The notes under the pieces are model-generated. The model searched no databases, had not been told where the DNA came from, and worked only from the letters and a program-made list of their open reading frames with translations. This document shows positions 1-9,849 of a stretch of DNA of 64,000 nucleotides, in pieces. How positions within the stretch are numbered: position 1 is the stretch's first letter; the number at the start of each line of letters is the position of its first letter. A program made the position numbers and the translations under genes. Source of the stretch: Patescibacteria group bacterium (GTDB lineage: Bacteria; Patescibacteriota; WWE3; 2-01-FULL-39-13); contig JASNYX010000002.1 in NCBI GenBank assembly GCA_048499955.1, forward strand, positions 4,513 to 68,512, read 5' to 3'.

Positions 1-472
1 CCACAATTGAACGCTCGTAATTGGTAATGTAGAGATGATTTTCTAATACTTTAGGTTGTCCGGGTGCAAAACTCCACTGAACTCTAACCGTGATTCTCTT
101 TGTTAGGGGGTCAACTGTACCTGAAGATGTTAAATTACCCGAAGCATCCCTATGTGCATCTGAAATAATTACCTGACGTGAATACTTATCAAACGTATCT
201 GAACTCCCTGAAAGTTCCCATGTACCTGAAGTAGAACTTAATCCATATGTTCCATTAACCATATTTGTGAATTCGGATTTTTTGATGTTTCGTACGGCCT
301 CAATACCCTCTTGTAGATATAGTGATGCTTGAAGATTATCCTCTGCTCTTCTATTAGCAGAAAAATTAAAAACAATAGTGTTTGATGCAGCAACACCGAT
401 TAACGCAAACATTGCTATGGCTAGGGTGATTTCCAATATACTCAAGCCTTTTAAGTTCCTTTTAAATCTCAT
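1..472 (-). CDS. Minor type IV pilin (PilV/GspI-like), runs off the window edge
   Basis: Own translation from ATG at 472: MRFKRNLKGLSILEITLAIAMFALIGVAA..., a class III signal peptide (G|LSILE) plus hydrophobic helix. Frame is open to position 1. ATGA overlap with the upstream gene. Confidence 0.8.
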   Translation of the reverse strand, partial: MRFKRNLKGLSILEITLAIAMFALIGVAASNTIVFNFSANRRAEDNLQASLYLQEGIEAVRNIKKSEFTNMVNGTYGLSSTSGTWELSGSSDTFDKYSRQVIISDAHRDASGNLTSSGTVDPLTKRITVRVQWSFAPGQPKVLENHLYITNYERSIV

Positions 473-894
473 TGAATATCCATACCCCCCGACTGATTTA
501 AATTAATATTAATGCTGTCGATGCTAGAGCTAATAGTAATACTCAACGTATTCGTAGGCTCGCCTCTAAGCACCGAAAATTGAGTATCAGAAAGCCCGCT
601 CACATTTACACTTGAGGGTATATCATAATCCTCTTTCCGGGTTGGAGATTCACATGTACCTCTGTAAATTCTCACTTTACTTTCATAAAGGCATAGCCCC
701 CATGCACCTCCTGCTCTGGCGGAAATTGAATACATCTGGGCCTTTCTAATGCTGCTCACAACTTTATCTCTTGTGGTTTGCATGTTACTTCTTAAAACAA
801 ATCCGGTATAAAAAGGTAACGAAAGCAATCCGATAATGGATAATAGTGCTACAACAAGTAATAATTCTGTGTAAGAGCCCCCCTTTAAATTCAT
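469..894 (-). CDS. Minor pilin / pseudopilin (FimT/GspH-like)
   Basis: N-terminus GGSYTELLLVVALLSII is a prepilin-like motif with Glu+5, followed by ...VVSSIRKAQMYS. Lies in the pil operon. Confidence 0.75.
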   Translation of the reverse strand: MNLKGGSYTELLLVVALLSIIGLLSLPFYTGFVLRSNMQTTRDKVVSSIRKAQMYSISARAGGAWGLCLYESKVRIYRGTCESPTRKEDYDIPSSVNVSGLSDTQFSVLRGEPTNTLSITISSSIDSININLNQSGGMDIQ

Positions 895-906
895 ACTTTA
901 AAAATC

Positions 907-1971
907 CTAATGATTAATGTTTCCGGTGATTTCATATATGGGACCAATTATTGCTAACGCTAGAAATGCCACAGCTAAACCTATCGCTGCCAACATTATC
1001 GGCTCCAACACATTGCTAAGGTTTTTTGTGATGTTATCGATTTCTTCTTCGTAAAATTCGCTTAAATATAAAAGTACGTCTTCAAGATTTCCGGTTTTTT
1101 CGCCAACTTTAATCATTTTTACAGTCATGGTAGGGAATTCGTGGAAATTGTGCCGCTCCAAGGAATCACTAATGTTCTTTCCTTTCACTAGATCTTCCTT
1201 AACCTTGTATAAATGATGTCTAAATGTAACGATATTCAAAGTATTTGCAGATGTTTCAAGCCCGCTAGCTAAAGGGACTCCACTTTGCATTAATGTTCCT
1301 AAATTACGTGTAAATCTGGATAACTGACTATAAATAATCATCTTCCCAAACAACGGGACTCTTACAAGAAAATTTTGCCAAATCGGCTTAAATGTATTTG
1401 TCGAAATTAACCATCTGAAAAATATTGAAAGAGCTATAAATCCGATAAAAATAACAACACCATAACTTTTCATTATTCCCGAGAAACCTATTAAAATGCG
1501 AGTAGACAAAGGCAAAGGAATATCAATATTTTCGAAAAAATCTGTTAACTTCGGCAACACGAATATAGAAATAAAACCACCGATACCCGATCCCGCAAAG
1601 AAAACCATCATCGGATAAAACATAGCTCCCTGTATTTTTTTCCGTAATGCGTAGTCTTTAGAAATTTGTTCACTTAAATATTTTAGGGTTTCCTCTAGCG
1701 TACCCGATTCTTCGCTTACTCTAATCAAGCTAGTGTAAAAATTGTCGAAAACATTGGGGAATTTTTTCAATGCATGATATAACGATTTACCGTTTTCAAC
1801 TTCCTGTATTACCTGTCTGAGTACACTCTTAAAATAGTCCGACTTTGCATTTGAAGCCAAAGTATCTAACGCCTCGTAAATCGGAACACCAGATTTGATC
1901 ATTATCGCCAAGTGCTTAGTAAAAAGTAGCTTATCTATTAAACTGACACTTTTAAAAATAGTGAAAGACAT
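907..1971 (-). CDS. pilC: Type IV pilus platform protein PilC/GspF
   Basis: Two T2SSF repeats (FTKHLAIMIKSGVPI; FTRNLGTLMQSGVPL), GEKTGNLE, LEPIM. Confidence 0.93.
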   Translation of the reverse strand: MSFTIFKSVSLIDKLLFTKHLAIMIKSGVPIYEALDTLASNAKSDYFKSVLRQVIQEVENGKSLYHALKKFPNVFDNFYTSLIRVSEESGTLEETLKYLSEQISKDYALRKKIQGAMFYPMMVFFAGSGIGGFISIFVLPKLTDFFENIDIPLPLSTRILIGFSGIMKSYGVVIFIGFIALSIFFRWLISTNTFKPIWQNFLVRVPLFGKMIIYSQLSRFTRNLGTLMQSGVPLASGLETSANTLNIVTFRHHLYKVKEDLVKGKNISDSLERHNFHEFPTMTVKMIKVGEKTGNLEDVLLYLSEFYEEEIDNITKNLSNVLEPIMLAAIGLAVAFLALAIIGPIYEITGNINH

Positions 1972-1974
1972 ATT

Positions 1975-3672
1975 TTATTCGTTTGTAGCTCTAATTAATT
2001 CCTCTAAACTGGTTAAACCCAACGCCACTTTATCTAAGCCATCTTCAAGCATTGTTATCATCCCATTTTTAATTGCTATCTGAGCAATTACTGAAGCGTT
2101 TTCTTTTTGCACAATGGCCTTACGCACATCCTCATCAACTTCAAGAACTTCGTAAATGCCAATTCGACCTGCATACCCTGATCCGCCACAAATATCACAT
2201 CCTTTGCCTTTATAAACTCGGATTTTGTCTGCGGATTTTGCCCCAAAGTGCTTTTTGATTAATGCAGGGGGAACTTCCTGTGCGAATTTCTTTATTTCAC
2301 CCGGATTTAAATCAGTCGAAACTCTACATTCTTCGCAAATCCTGCGAACTAACCTCTGTCCAACAATCACATTTACTGAAGATGCCACTAGAAATGGTTC
2401 TACTCCCATGTCAAATAATCTTGGAATCGTGGTTGCCGCATCATTAGTGTGTAAGGTCGATAACACAAGATGGCCGGTCATAGCAGAATTGACCGCTATT
2501 TTAGCCGTTTCCTCGTCTCGGATTTCGCCTACAAGAATAATATCGGGATCTTGTCTGACAATCGAACGAAGTCCATTTGCAAACGTAAGGCCAGCCTTGG
2601 GATTAACCTGAATCTGGCTTATATTTTCTAAATCAAATTCGACAGGATCTTCGATCGTCATAATATTTACATCACGAGTGTTTAAATCTTTCAGAATCGC
2701 GTACAACGTAGTTGTTTTACCTGATCCGGTTGGTCCGGTAGCCAGAATCATTCCATAGGGTTTTTTATATGCACTATCAATCTTGGCTAGCGAATCACCT
2801 TTAAATCCGAGATCCTCTAATGTCAGCTGATGAGATTTTTCCGAGAGTAACCGAAGTACGACTTTCTCTCCGCCGGTAATAGGTACGATCGACACACGCA
2901 AATTCAATACCTCATCGAAGATCTTCTTAGAAAGCTTGCCATCTTGAGGAATATGCCTTGCATCTGTTCTCAAACTACTTAAAACTTTTATTCTGGTGAT
3001 TATCTGATCATGAATTTTTATTGGAAGACGAACGATATCATGTAGAACTCCATCAATTCTAAATCTTAGAAGTGAATATGATTCTTCCGGTTCAAGATGA
3101 ACATCTGACGACTTATTTTTGTATGCATATTCGATAATGGTATCAACAATTTTAATAATTGAAGGCTCTGCCGATTTTCCGCCGGCACCTTTAACCTGTT
3201 TGATATTTTGTGCAAGAATATCCTCGAAGGCGAGAATGACATCTTTTGCATATAAATCAACCGCTTCACTGATGTTTTTCTCAGTAGCGAAATGAATTAC
3301 AACATTTTGCCCGGTTTTCTTTCTTAAAAAATTAACTATTTCAAGATTTCCGGGATCTGACATGGCAATATGCAAACCTTTATCGTCTTTTGAAAATGAG
3401 ATTACTTTCCGTTTCCGGGCAACAACCTCCGGAACCAAGTGCAGTATCTCGTCCGGAATATGCATAAATTTCAAATCAATGTATGGAAGTCCCAAAGCAT
3501 TAGCAACAAGTTGTCCGAATTGGCTATCCGGAATAATATTTGCATCCGAGATGTATTTATAAAGAGAAACTCCCTCAGCTCTTGCACTCTTTTGAGCCAG
3601 TGCAAACGTATCCGGAGTCATGATTTTAGTATCAAGAAGGATTTTTTCTATCAGCTGATCGTTTATGAGCAT
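1975..3672 (-). CDS. pilB: Type IV pilus assembly ATPase PilB/GspE
   Basis: Walker A GPTGSGKTT, TIEDPVE, RQDPDIILVGEIRD, TGHLVLSTLH, and a tetracysteine zinc motif (CEEC...CDIC). Confidence 0.95.
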   Translation of the reverse strand: MLINDQLIEKILLDTKIMTPDTFALAQKSARAEGVSLYKYISDANIIPDSQFGQLVANALGLPYIDLKFMHIPDEILHLVPEVVARKRKVISFSKDDKGLHIAMSDPGNLEIVNFLRKKTGQNVVIHFATEKNISEAVDLYAKDVILAFEDILAQNIKQVKGAGGKSAEPSIIKIVDTIIEYAYKNKSSDVHLEPEESYSLLRFRIDGVLHDIVRLPIKIHDQIITRIKVLSSLRTDARHIPQDGKLSKKIFDEVLNLRVSIVPITGGEKVVLRLLSEKSHQLTLEDLGFKGDSLAKIDSAYKKPYGMILATGPTGSGKTTTLYAILKDLNTRDVNIMTIEDPVEFDLENISQIQVNPKAGLTFANGLRSIVRQDPDIILVGEIRDEETAKIAVNSAMTGHLVLSTLHTNDAATTIPRLFDMGVEPFLVASSVNVIVGQRLVRRICEECRVSTDLNPGEIKKFAQEVPPALIKKHFGAKSADKIRVYKGKGCDICGGSGYAGRIGIYEVLEVDEDVRKAIVQKENASVIAQIAIKNGMITMLEDGLDKVALGLTSLEELIRATNE

Positions 3673-3710
3673 TACTAAAAGTTTAGCACTACTATCGATA
3701 TTGGGAAAAC

Positions 3711-3741
3711 AAAAAGCCCTCTACAACGAGAGGGCTTTTTT
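3711..3741. terminator. Intrinsic (bidirectional-type) terminator downstream of the major pilin
   Basis: AAAAAGCCCTCT-acaacg-AGAGGGCTTTTT perfect inverted repeat with A/T tails. Confidence 0.88.
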
Positions 3742-3763
3742 CTAGACTGTACTTAACAAGTTT

Positions 3764-4249
3764 TTATCTTGAAACTTGTACAGTTTCACTTCTTTCAGCT
3801 CTACATGCGGCAACCGTAACAAGGTTATTAGCATCAACTGAAACAGAATAACCTGTAGTCGTAGCCGTTGAATCACTTAGCGGATCTATTGGCATAGTCT
3901 TTAGATATGGAGTTAAATCCGTAGCAAGATCTACACAAGCAGCTTGTGCCCCCGGACATAGTGTTGCACCACCTGAACCGCAACTACCTAACTGATAGGT
4001 GAGCGCGTCAGATACTAATCCGGTCGGAAGCGATCCTTCATTATCAACAGTATACTGATGTACAGCAGTTAATATGCTGTTAACATCTGTCCACCTTCTC
4101 GAGTTTCGGCTTTCTTGGAATCGTCTTACGGGATCAAGAGCCACAAACACGACGACAGCTAAGGTCGCAATGATCGCGATAACAACTAGCAACTCAATAA
4201 GAGTAAAACCTGCTTTAGCGCGGGGTTTACTCTGGGAGGAATTGAACAT
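3764..4249 (-). CDS. pilA: Major type IV pilin
   Basis: AG|FTLIELLVVIAIIATLA prepilin motif, MPIDP motif and cysteines. It has its own terminator. Confidence 0.88.
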   Translation of the reverse strand: MFNSSQSKPRAKAGFTLIELLVVIAIIATLAVVVFVALDPVRRFQESRNSRRWTDVNSILTAVHQYTVDNEGSLPTGLVSDALTYQLGSCGSGGATLCPGAQAACVDLATDLTPYLKTMPIDPLSDSTATTTGYSVSVDANNLVTVAACRAERSETVQVSR

Positions 4250-4387
4250 TTTTTACCTTTCAGAGTGAAGAACCATCCGAAACTCGGATGATTACTTCCG
4301 TTTCAGCTAGGAAACGAAAAAACTACTTACTACTGTATAAAATATATCTGAACTCAACGGAAATGACAAATAGCAATGCAAGTGGGA

Positions 4388-4765
4388 TTATTTACTTAAA
4401 AAATTTTCGACCTGATCTATCAGATCTTTAACAGAAAAATCTTTTTTTACGATATAACCTAAAGCGCCCATTTCTTTAGCCTTTTCTATATCCTCCTTTT
4501 GACCAAGGTTTGAAAATATGACGATCTTAATGTCTTTCAATTGCGGATCTTTTTTTATCTCTGCTATAGTTTCAAAGCCATCTTTTACGGGCATTATAAT
4601 ATCCAAAAGCACTAAATCCGGCTTGTTCTCCCTTGATTTGTCTATAACTTCCTGCCCATTCGCTACAGGAACAACATCGTAGCCTCTTTCCGTTAACTCC
4701 CCTTGCAGAATTTTCCAGAAAAATTCATTGTCATCTGCAATTATGATGTATTTTTTATTTGGCAT
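4388..4765 (-). CDS. Single-domain response regulator (receiver)
   Basis: IIIADDN, LLDIIMPVKDG (phospho-Asp), FSN, YIVK. Confidence 0.92.
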   Translation of the reverse strand: MPNKKYIIIADDNEFFWKILQGELTERGYDVVPVANGQEVIDKSRENKPDLVLLDIIMPVKDGFETIAEIKKDPQLKDIKIVIFSNLGQKEDIEKAKEMGALGYIVKKDFSVKDLIDQVENFLSK

Positions 4766-4768
4766 TTA

Positions 4769-5512
4769 TTAAACAGTAATTCTCGCAGGAACTAATAAAT
4801 AAAACGTACTTCCCTCTTTTTCCTTCGATTCAAACCACATTTTACCACCTATATTATTTACCATTAAATTACACAAATATAAATCCAGACCATTTCCCTT
4901 AACGCTCAGCTTCTGCGAGTTCGTAGTTCGGTAAAAAGCTTCGCCTATCATCGATATCTCATTGTCCGGTATACCAATACCGGTATCATCAACAGTGAAT
5001 AAAAGACTTCCGTCGAGCTTTTCAGCTTTTATCACGACTCCGCCACCCGGCTTATTATAGTAAACTGCATTTTCTATCAGAATTCTAAGTAATTCACGAA
5101 TCACGTAATCATCATATTTGCAGTCAAATTCAAAACCTTCCGGGATACTGATTTCGACTTCTAAATTCTGCTCGATGATCTCATTCTCTAACTCGGCTAG
5201 TATCATCTTCGAAACCTCATTAAGATTTATGGATACCAATTCGTGTGAATCAATTGATTCTCCAAGATTTGCCTGCACAACCTTAAGTAGCACATTTGCA
5301 AAATCTTCTAATTTTTTTACCGTAAGAGCGATATCATTTGCCTTTTCTTTCGATTTTGCCGACAGCTTGGAATCTTTCAACATAAGTTCAAGATTCCACT
5401 TAATGATTGTAATAGGGCCTAAAAGTTTATGAGCTGCAATAGATATAAAGAGATCTTTTGAAGACCTCAAAATATCCGGGTCAACCTTAGGCAGATTTTT
5501 TTGTTTTTCCAT
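4769..5512 (-). CDS. Cytoplasmic histidine kinase (HisKA + HATPase only)
   Basis: H-box AAHKLLGP, N-box LIENAVYY, G1 DTGIGI, F-box FYR, degenerate G2 GNGLDL. No sensor or TM domain. Confidence 0.85.
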   Translation of the reverse strand: MEKQKNLPKVDPDILRSSKDLFISIAAHKLLGPITIIKWNLELMLKDSKLSAKSKEKANDIALTVKKLEDFANVLLKVVQANLGESIDSHELVSINLNEVSKMILAELENEIIEQNLEVEISIPEGFEFDCKYDDYVIRELLRILIENAVYYNKPGGGVVIKAEKLDGSLLFTVDDTGIGIPDNEISMIGEAFYRTTNSQKLSVKGNGLDLYLCNLMVNNIGGKMWFESKEKEGSTFYLLVPARITV

Positions 5513-5683
5513 TTCTATATGTGTATTTTATGCTTGCACTCATGATTTTTAATTGAGTGAAAACACCGATTTATTTTACCCTACAAATTTATATTTGGTT
5601 CCAATTTAGCTATAATAACAACATATCATAATTTGCTAAATGTTTAACCGTATTTTTATTATGATGTAAATCAAAGCAAATCG

Positions 5684-5759
5684 GCCCACTTAGCTCAGTT
5701 GGTAGAGCGGATATTTCGTAAGTATCAGGTCATTGGTTCGATTCCAATAGTGGGCTCCA
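5684..5759 (+). tRNA. tRNA-Thr(CGT)
   Basis: GCCCACT acceptor/AGTGGGC, D-arm GCTC..GAGC, anticodon arm GATAT-TT CGT AA-GTATC, T-loop TTCGATT, encoded CCA. Confidence 0.95.
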
Positions 5760-5782
5760 GTGTGTGATAATCTATTCAAAGT

Positions 5783-6547
5783 ATGAAGAACTTAATGTCC
5801 AGACGTGCGAATAAAAAAAGCAAACCGGTGGTCGCCAAAATGAAGACTCCAAGGTCTAAATCCGTGTATCTCGTCAGGCGAATCCTTATTACTAATTTTC
5901 TTACCTTAGTTATACTTGGACTCACTTATTTATGGGTAATATACCTATTGTCAAACGCTAACTCATTTTGGGACATATTCAGAGGAAAGCAGGCTTATGT
6001 TGATACAGACACTATTCCTCCCGTAACCCCATATTTGAATCCGATACCTGAAGCCACCAAAGATGACCTCATTAGTATCTCTGGGCAATCCGAGGAAGGT
6101 GTAAAAGTAATGCTATTTATCAATGGCTCAAAGTCTCAGGAAACCATTGCAGATGGAGACGGCCACTTCGACTTTACCGGTATAGCAACTTCAGAACTGG
6201 CACAAAATCTTTATATCATTGCAATTGATGAGTCCGGAAACGAAAGTAAACCATCAACTTCTTATGAATTCGTCAAAGATATAACACCACCGGAATTCGA
6301 AATCACAAACCCTAAAGCAAACGAAGTATTCAGATCAACCGGAAGAACCTACACCGTCGTCGGGAAAACCGAACCGGGAATTACCATAACCATCAACGAA
6401 CAATTCGCCTTGGTACAACCTTCCGGTGATTTTTCAGCAAACATCCGATTAGACGAGGGGAACAATAAGCTCAAAATTAAAGCTACCGACAAAGCCGGAA
6501 ACGAAAAAGAAGAAGAGCTAACCATGAAATACGAGAAAATCGATTAA
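5783..6547 (+). CDS. Membrane-anchored protein with two bacterial Ig-like domains
   Basis: One TM helix, then repeated DTIPP/DITPP...G.S/TE.G...ING...G.F...A.D.AGN Ig-like repeats. Confidence 0.75.
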   Translation: MKNLMSRRANKKSKPVVAKMKTPRSKSVYLVRRILITNFLTLVILGLTYLWVIYLLSNANSFWDIFRGKQAYVDTDTIPPVTPYLNPIPEATKDDLISISGQSEEGVKVMLFINGSKSQETIADGDGHFDFTGIATSELAQNLYIIAIDESGNESKPSTSYEFVKDITPPEFEITNPKANEVFRSTGRTYTVVGKTEPGITITINEQFALVQPSGDFSANIRLDEGNNKLKIKATDKAGNEKEEELTMKYEKID

Positions 6548-6569
6548 TTTGTATAATCACAAATCCGCA

Positions 6570-7805
6570 TCATTGCTTAATAATATCTCTGAGTCCAAAG
6601 TAAAATCCCACCAAAACCACAAACTCAGTAATTCCCGTAGATACGGCAGCTCCAATATAATCATATTGCTGAATAAGATAAAAATTTAAAGCGAGGTTAA
6701 TAACTAAGCCGATAAAATAGACTTTCAGCATAAGTTTGCTCCTATTTTCCAACACCGCAACCCAATTTAGTGGTGCCGTAGCAAAGAAAGGCAACGAACT
6801 TACCATTAAAATAGCAAATGGCAGCCAACTGGGTGACATTTCATTCCCCCACAGGGCTGGAATTGCCCAATATACGACAAGCATCAATATTGGAACACTT
6901 ATAAACCAAAGCACCAAATTATACGCGAACAATTTACGCAGATATTCCCCAAACCGAGCATCTGAATCTTTACGAATATTCACTAATACGGGATAAAAAG
7001 CATTCATTAAAAAAGTCGGGAACACTAGGAATACTTCGAATAGCTTATACGATAAGCTATAAATCCCTACGGAAACACCCGTAGATAAAACAGATAGCAA
7101 AAACTTATCTACACCAAACATTAGTGAGTTAAATAACATTGCGATGCCAATAATATAGGATGATCCTAAAATAACCTTAAAATATTGTGGATCCCACATC
7201 TCATTCCACTTGAAATATTCCCTGACAAGCGAGATAGAAACACCAAGCGCAAGAATCGCAGAAACCAGATACATTTGAACAAGACCCGATATTGTAGGCA
7301 CCTCAACATTAAGGACATAGATTAGGGTTAAAATAAATGAGCTGAAGGCCCAAACCCCGTTTATTAATAGCTGATTCTTATAGGTAAGCCTAGATTGAAA
7401 TATAAGATTCGTACTGTTTATCAATGAAAACGCTAAAATAATCGGCAATCCCCAAAGTGCAGCAGATTTAACCTCGTTTGAATATGGCAAAAACACTAGA
7501 ATTAAGCCGGACATCACAGTTAGTAACGAGCCAAGAACTAACTTGTATCCGACGATTTTGGAAAAATATTTATATGCGTTCTGTTGATCTTCGGCAAAAG
7601 ATTTAGCAAAGTAAACGTTAGTACCAAAGTCGGCAAAAATATAAAATAACGCAATATAATTTAATACGATTGAATATTCCCCCCAGACTTCACGTCCAAA
7701 GGATCTGATGATGATTATGCTGACTAGAAAGGCGAAAATAGAAAGACTATATCGACTAATCAGTTGATATAGAGTATTTAGTGTTATTTTTCTTCGGATA
7801 TTCAT
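6570..7805 (-). CDS. Wzx-type polysaccharide flippase (MOP superfamily)
   Basis: About 12 TM segments; ADFG, DKFLLS, VGIYSLSYK, IGAAVST motifs. Confidence 0.85.
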   Translation of the reverse strand: MNIRRKITLNTLYQLISRYSLSIFAFLVSIIIIRSFGREVWGEYSIVLNYIALFYIFADFGTNVYFAKSFAEDQQNAYKYFSKIVGYKLVLGSLLTVMSGLILVFLPYSNEVKSAALWGLPIILAFSLINSTNLIFQSRLTYKNQLLINGVWAFSSFILTLIYVLNVEVPTISGLVQMYLVSAILALGVSISLVREYFKWNEMWDPQYFKVILGSSYIIGIAMLFNSLMFGVDKFLLSVLSTGVSVGIYSLSYKLFEVFLVFPTFLMNAFYPVLVNIRKDSDARFGEYLRKLFAYNLVLWFISVPILMLVVYWAIPALWGNEMSPSWLPFAILMVSSLPFFATAPLNWVAVLENRSKLMLKVYFIGLVINLALNFYLIQQYDYIGAAVSTGITEFVVLVGFYFGLRDIIKQ

Positions 7806-7918
7806 TTACCAAATTCTAGCACCAATTTTATGTACAATTCACTTAAAGAGCTTATGGTTAACATTGCAAATCGTCGAAATGTGGTTTTAAATGTTTGTTA
7901 GCGTTAAAATATACTTAT

Positions 7919-8512
7919 ATGTTTTCATTACTATCTTTTCTTAAGGCTCTGGTTATAGAGGTTGTCGAGACAATAGTTGTCGCACTTGCTATATTAGCCG
8001 TTGTTTATTTGCTAGCTTTTCAACCTCACGAGGTGAGCGGCGAATCCATGAATGGTATCGGAAGTTTCCATGACGGGCAATACATTCTGACTGATAAAAT
8101 CACTTATAAACTTCGTGAACCTCGACGTGGAGAGGTTGTAGTGTTCAAATACCCTCTAAACACCTCATACGACTATATTAAACGAGTTATTGGCCTACCC
8201 GGGGAAACTATACGAATTCAAGATAATCAAGTCATTATCATAAATGATGAGAATCCTAACGGCTTTATTCTAGAGGAGAATGAATATCTAGCATCCGAAG
8301 TCCCGACAACAGGCAGATCGTTTGCTGAAGAAAATGAAGAAATAAAGATACCTGAAGGACACTACTTCGTCATGGGAGATAATCGTCCCGAAAGCTCTGA
8401 TTCACGAACCTGGGGCTTTGTTCCCGAAAACGATATTATCGGCAAAAGCTTCTTTAGATACTGGCCCCCAAATGAAGCCGGACTAATACATAATCCTCAA
8501 TATACAAATTAA
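7919..8512 (+). CDS. lepB: Signal peptidase I
   Basis: VSGESM (catalytic Ser), YIKRVIGLPGE (catalytic Lys), MGDNRPESSDSR. ATG at 7919 preferred. Confidence 0.95.
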   Translation: MFSLLSFLKALVIEVVETIVVALAILAVVYLLAFQPHEVSGESMNGIGSFHDGQYILTDKITYKLREPRRGEVVVFKYPLNTSYDYIKRVIGLPGETIRIQDNQVIIINDENPNGFILEENEYLASEVPTTGRSFAEENEEIKIPEGHYFVMGDNRPESSDSRTWGFVPENDIIGKSFFRYWPPNEAGLIHNPQYTN

Positions 8513-8546
8513 GTTATTTTAGAAGGTGAATTGTTAAAAGTTGAAG

Positions 8547-8804
8547 TTAAGCGGCTTCAATGATTTTTACCGCTTTTTTCGATTTTGTGAGGTTATAATA
8601 CTCAACTACACCGGTTTTTGTTGCAAAAAGTGTGAAATCGCGCCCCATACCTACGTTTTCGCCCGGTTTGACTACGGTTCCTACCTGTCTAACTAAGATA
8701 GTACCTGCAGTAACCATCTCGCCTTCGTATTTTTTAATACCACGATGCTTTCCCTGTCTATTACCCTGTTGTCTTGTTGCTCCCTGTGCTTTTGTATGTG
8801 CCAT
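8547..8804 (-). CDS. rpmA: 50S ribosomal protein L27
   Basis: MAHTKAQG..., [19 protein letters not shown]. Confidence 0.96.
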   Translation of the reverse strand: MAHTKAQGATRQQGNRQGKHRGIKKYEGEMVTAGTILVRQVGTVVKPGENVGMGRDFTLFATKTGVVEYYNLTKSKKAVKIIEAA

Positions 8805-8821
8805 AATTAATGATTAGTGAA

Positions 8822-9247
8822 TTAAGTTTCCTTAGTTTCGTCTTTTTTAGCGACTTTTCTTACTTTAGAAGGTTTTTCAACCGTTTCAATTGAAGCTTCA
8901 ACAGCCTCAGTTTCTTTCTTCCAAACTAGCTCATTCTTAACTTTCTCACCAAAATCCACTACTGAAATTATTGAAATAGGCTGTCTATGTCCCTTATGTT
9001 TTCTATATCTTGATTTGGATTTATATCTTCGAACTTCGATTTTCTCATCTTTCAAATCGCTTGTAACTTCAAGTTTTACGCCAAATTTCTCGACTAATGG
9101 TGAACCGACCAATACGTTTCCATCCATCTCTGCAAGCAACACTTGCAACGTTGCGTCGGGAGAAACTCTATCAACCTGAAGTGTTTCACCCTTCTTAATA
9201 ATAAATTGTTTGGAATTTAGGCGGATAACCGCAAAGTTTTCAGACAT
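8822..9247 (-). CDS. rplU: 50S ribosomal protein L21
   Basis: FAVIRLNSKQF...YKSKSRYRKHKGHRQ, adjacent to rpmA. Start taken at ATG 9247. Confidence 0.92.
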   Translation of the reverse strand: MSENFAVIRLNSKQFIIKKGETLQVDRVSPDATLQVLLAEMDGNVLVGSPLVEKFGVKLEVTSDLKDEKIEVRRYKSKSRYRKHKGHRQPISIISVVDFGEKVKNELVWKKETEAVEASIETVEKPSKVRKVAKKDETKET

Positions 9248-9286
9248 AACGAAGAAAATCTTATCAAAAATTACCTGAAAACACAA

Positions 9287-9646
9287 CTATTTGGGGAAAG
9301 TATATGGACCTAACTCCATCTCATTCTCGACCTCCCAGGAAGGGCTTCTCATATAATCATAGCGGGTTTGAGCCATTATCATGTTGTAATAGTTGGTCAT
9401 GAACCAAGTAAGAGCAAGACATACGGATATAATCAGAAAAGGAATAATAGTGTGCCAATCAAGATGATTTTTCGCGTAAATTACCTGAACCGGTCTCACT
9501 GGCACCCTACTTTTAGAGGATTTTGTAGGCTTAACCGGCATATTCAAAGCTTTAGATTTATATGACATCGGCTTCGATACGACTTTTTTTGACTTGGGTC
9601 TAGGCGATTTTGCTGAGGGTTTTGAAACAGTTTTGATGGCAGACAT
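9287..9646 (-). CDS. Hypothetical single-TM protein with basic N-terminus
   Basis: K/P/S-rich N-terminus and one hydrophobic helix. Fills the intergenic gap. Confidence 0.6.
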   Translation of the reverse strand: MSAIKTVSKPSAKSPRPKSKKVVSKPMSYKSKALNMPVKPTKSSKSRVPVRPVQVIYAKNHLDWHTIIPFLIISVCLALTWFMTNYYNMIMAQTRYDYMRSPSWEVENEMELGPYTFPK

Positions 9647-9849
9647 TAACTACATTGTTTCAGATCTTAAAAAGGATTTCAATGGTGGAGCACAAAAGAT
9701 ATGCTTAGTTTTAATTTAATTTCCTGAGTATCATCTACTTCCACGGATTGATTATAACTTAAATAACCGAGGACTAAATAACAGCATTACGCCATCAAAT
9801 ACAATGAAAAGTCGCCTTGGTATAATTTCTCACCGCGGATAAACCCATA

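Noticed and set aside
4261-4320. c-di-GMP-I riboswitch in the pilA leader (AACCATCCGAAA resembles P2)
   Set aside because: The resemblance is on the non-coding strand, and the GGCAAA, GACGCAAAGC and tetraloop-receptor elements are absent.
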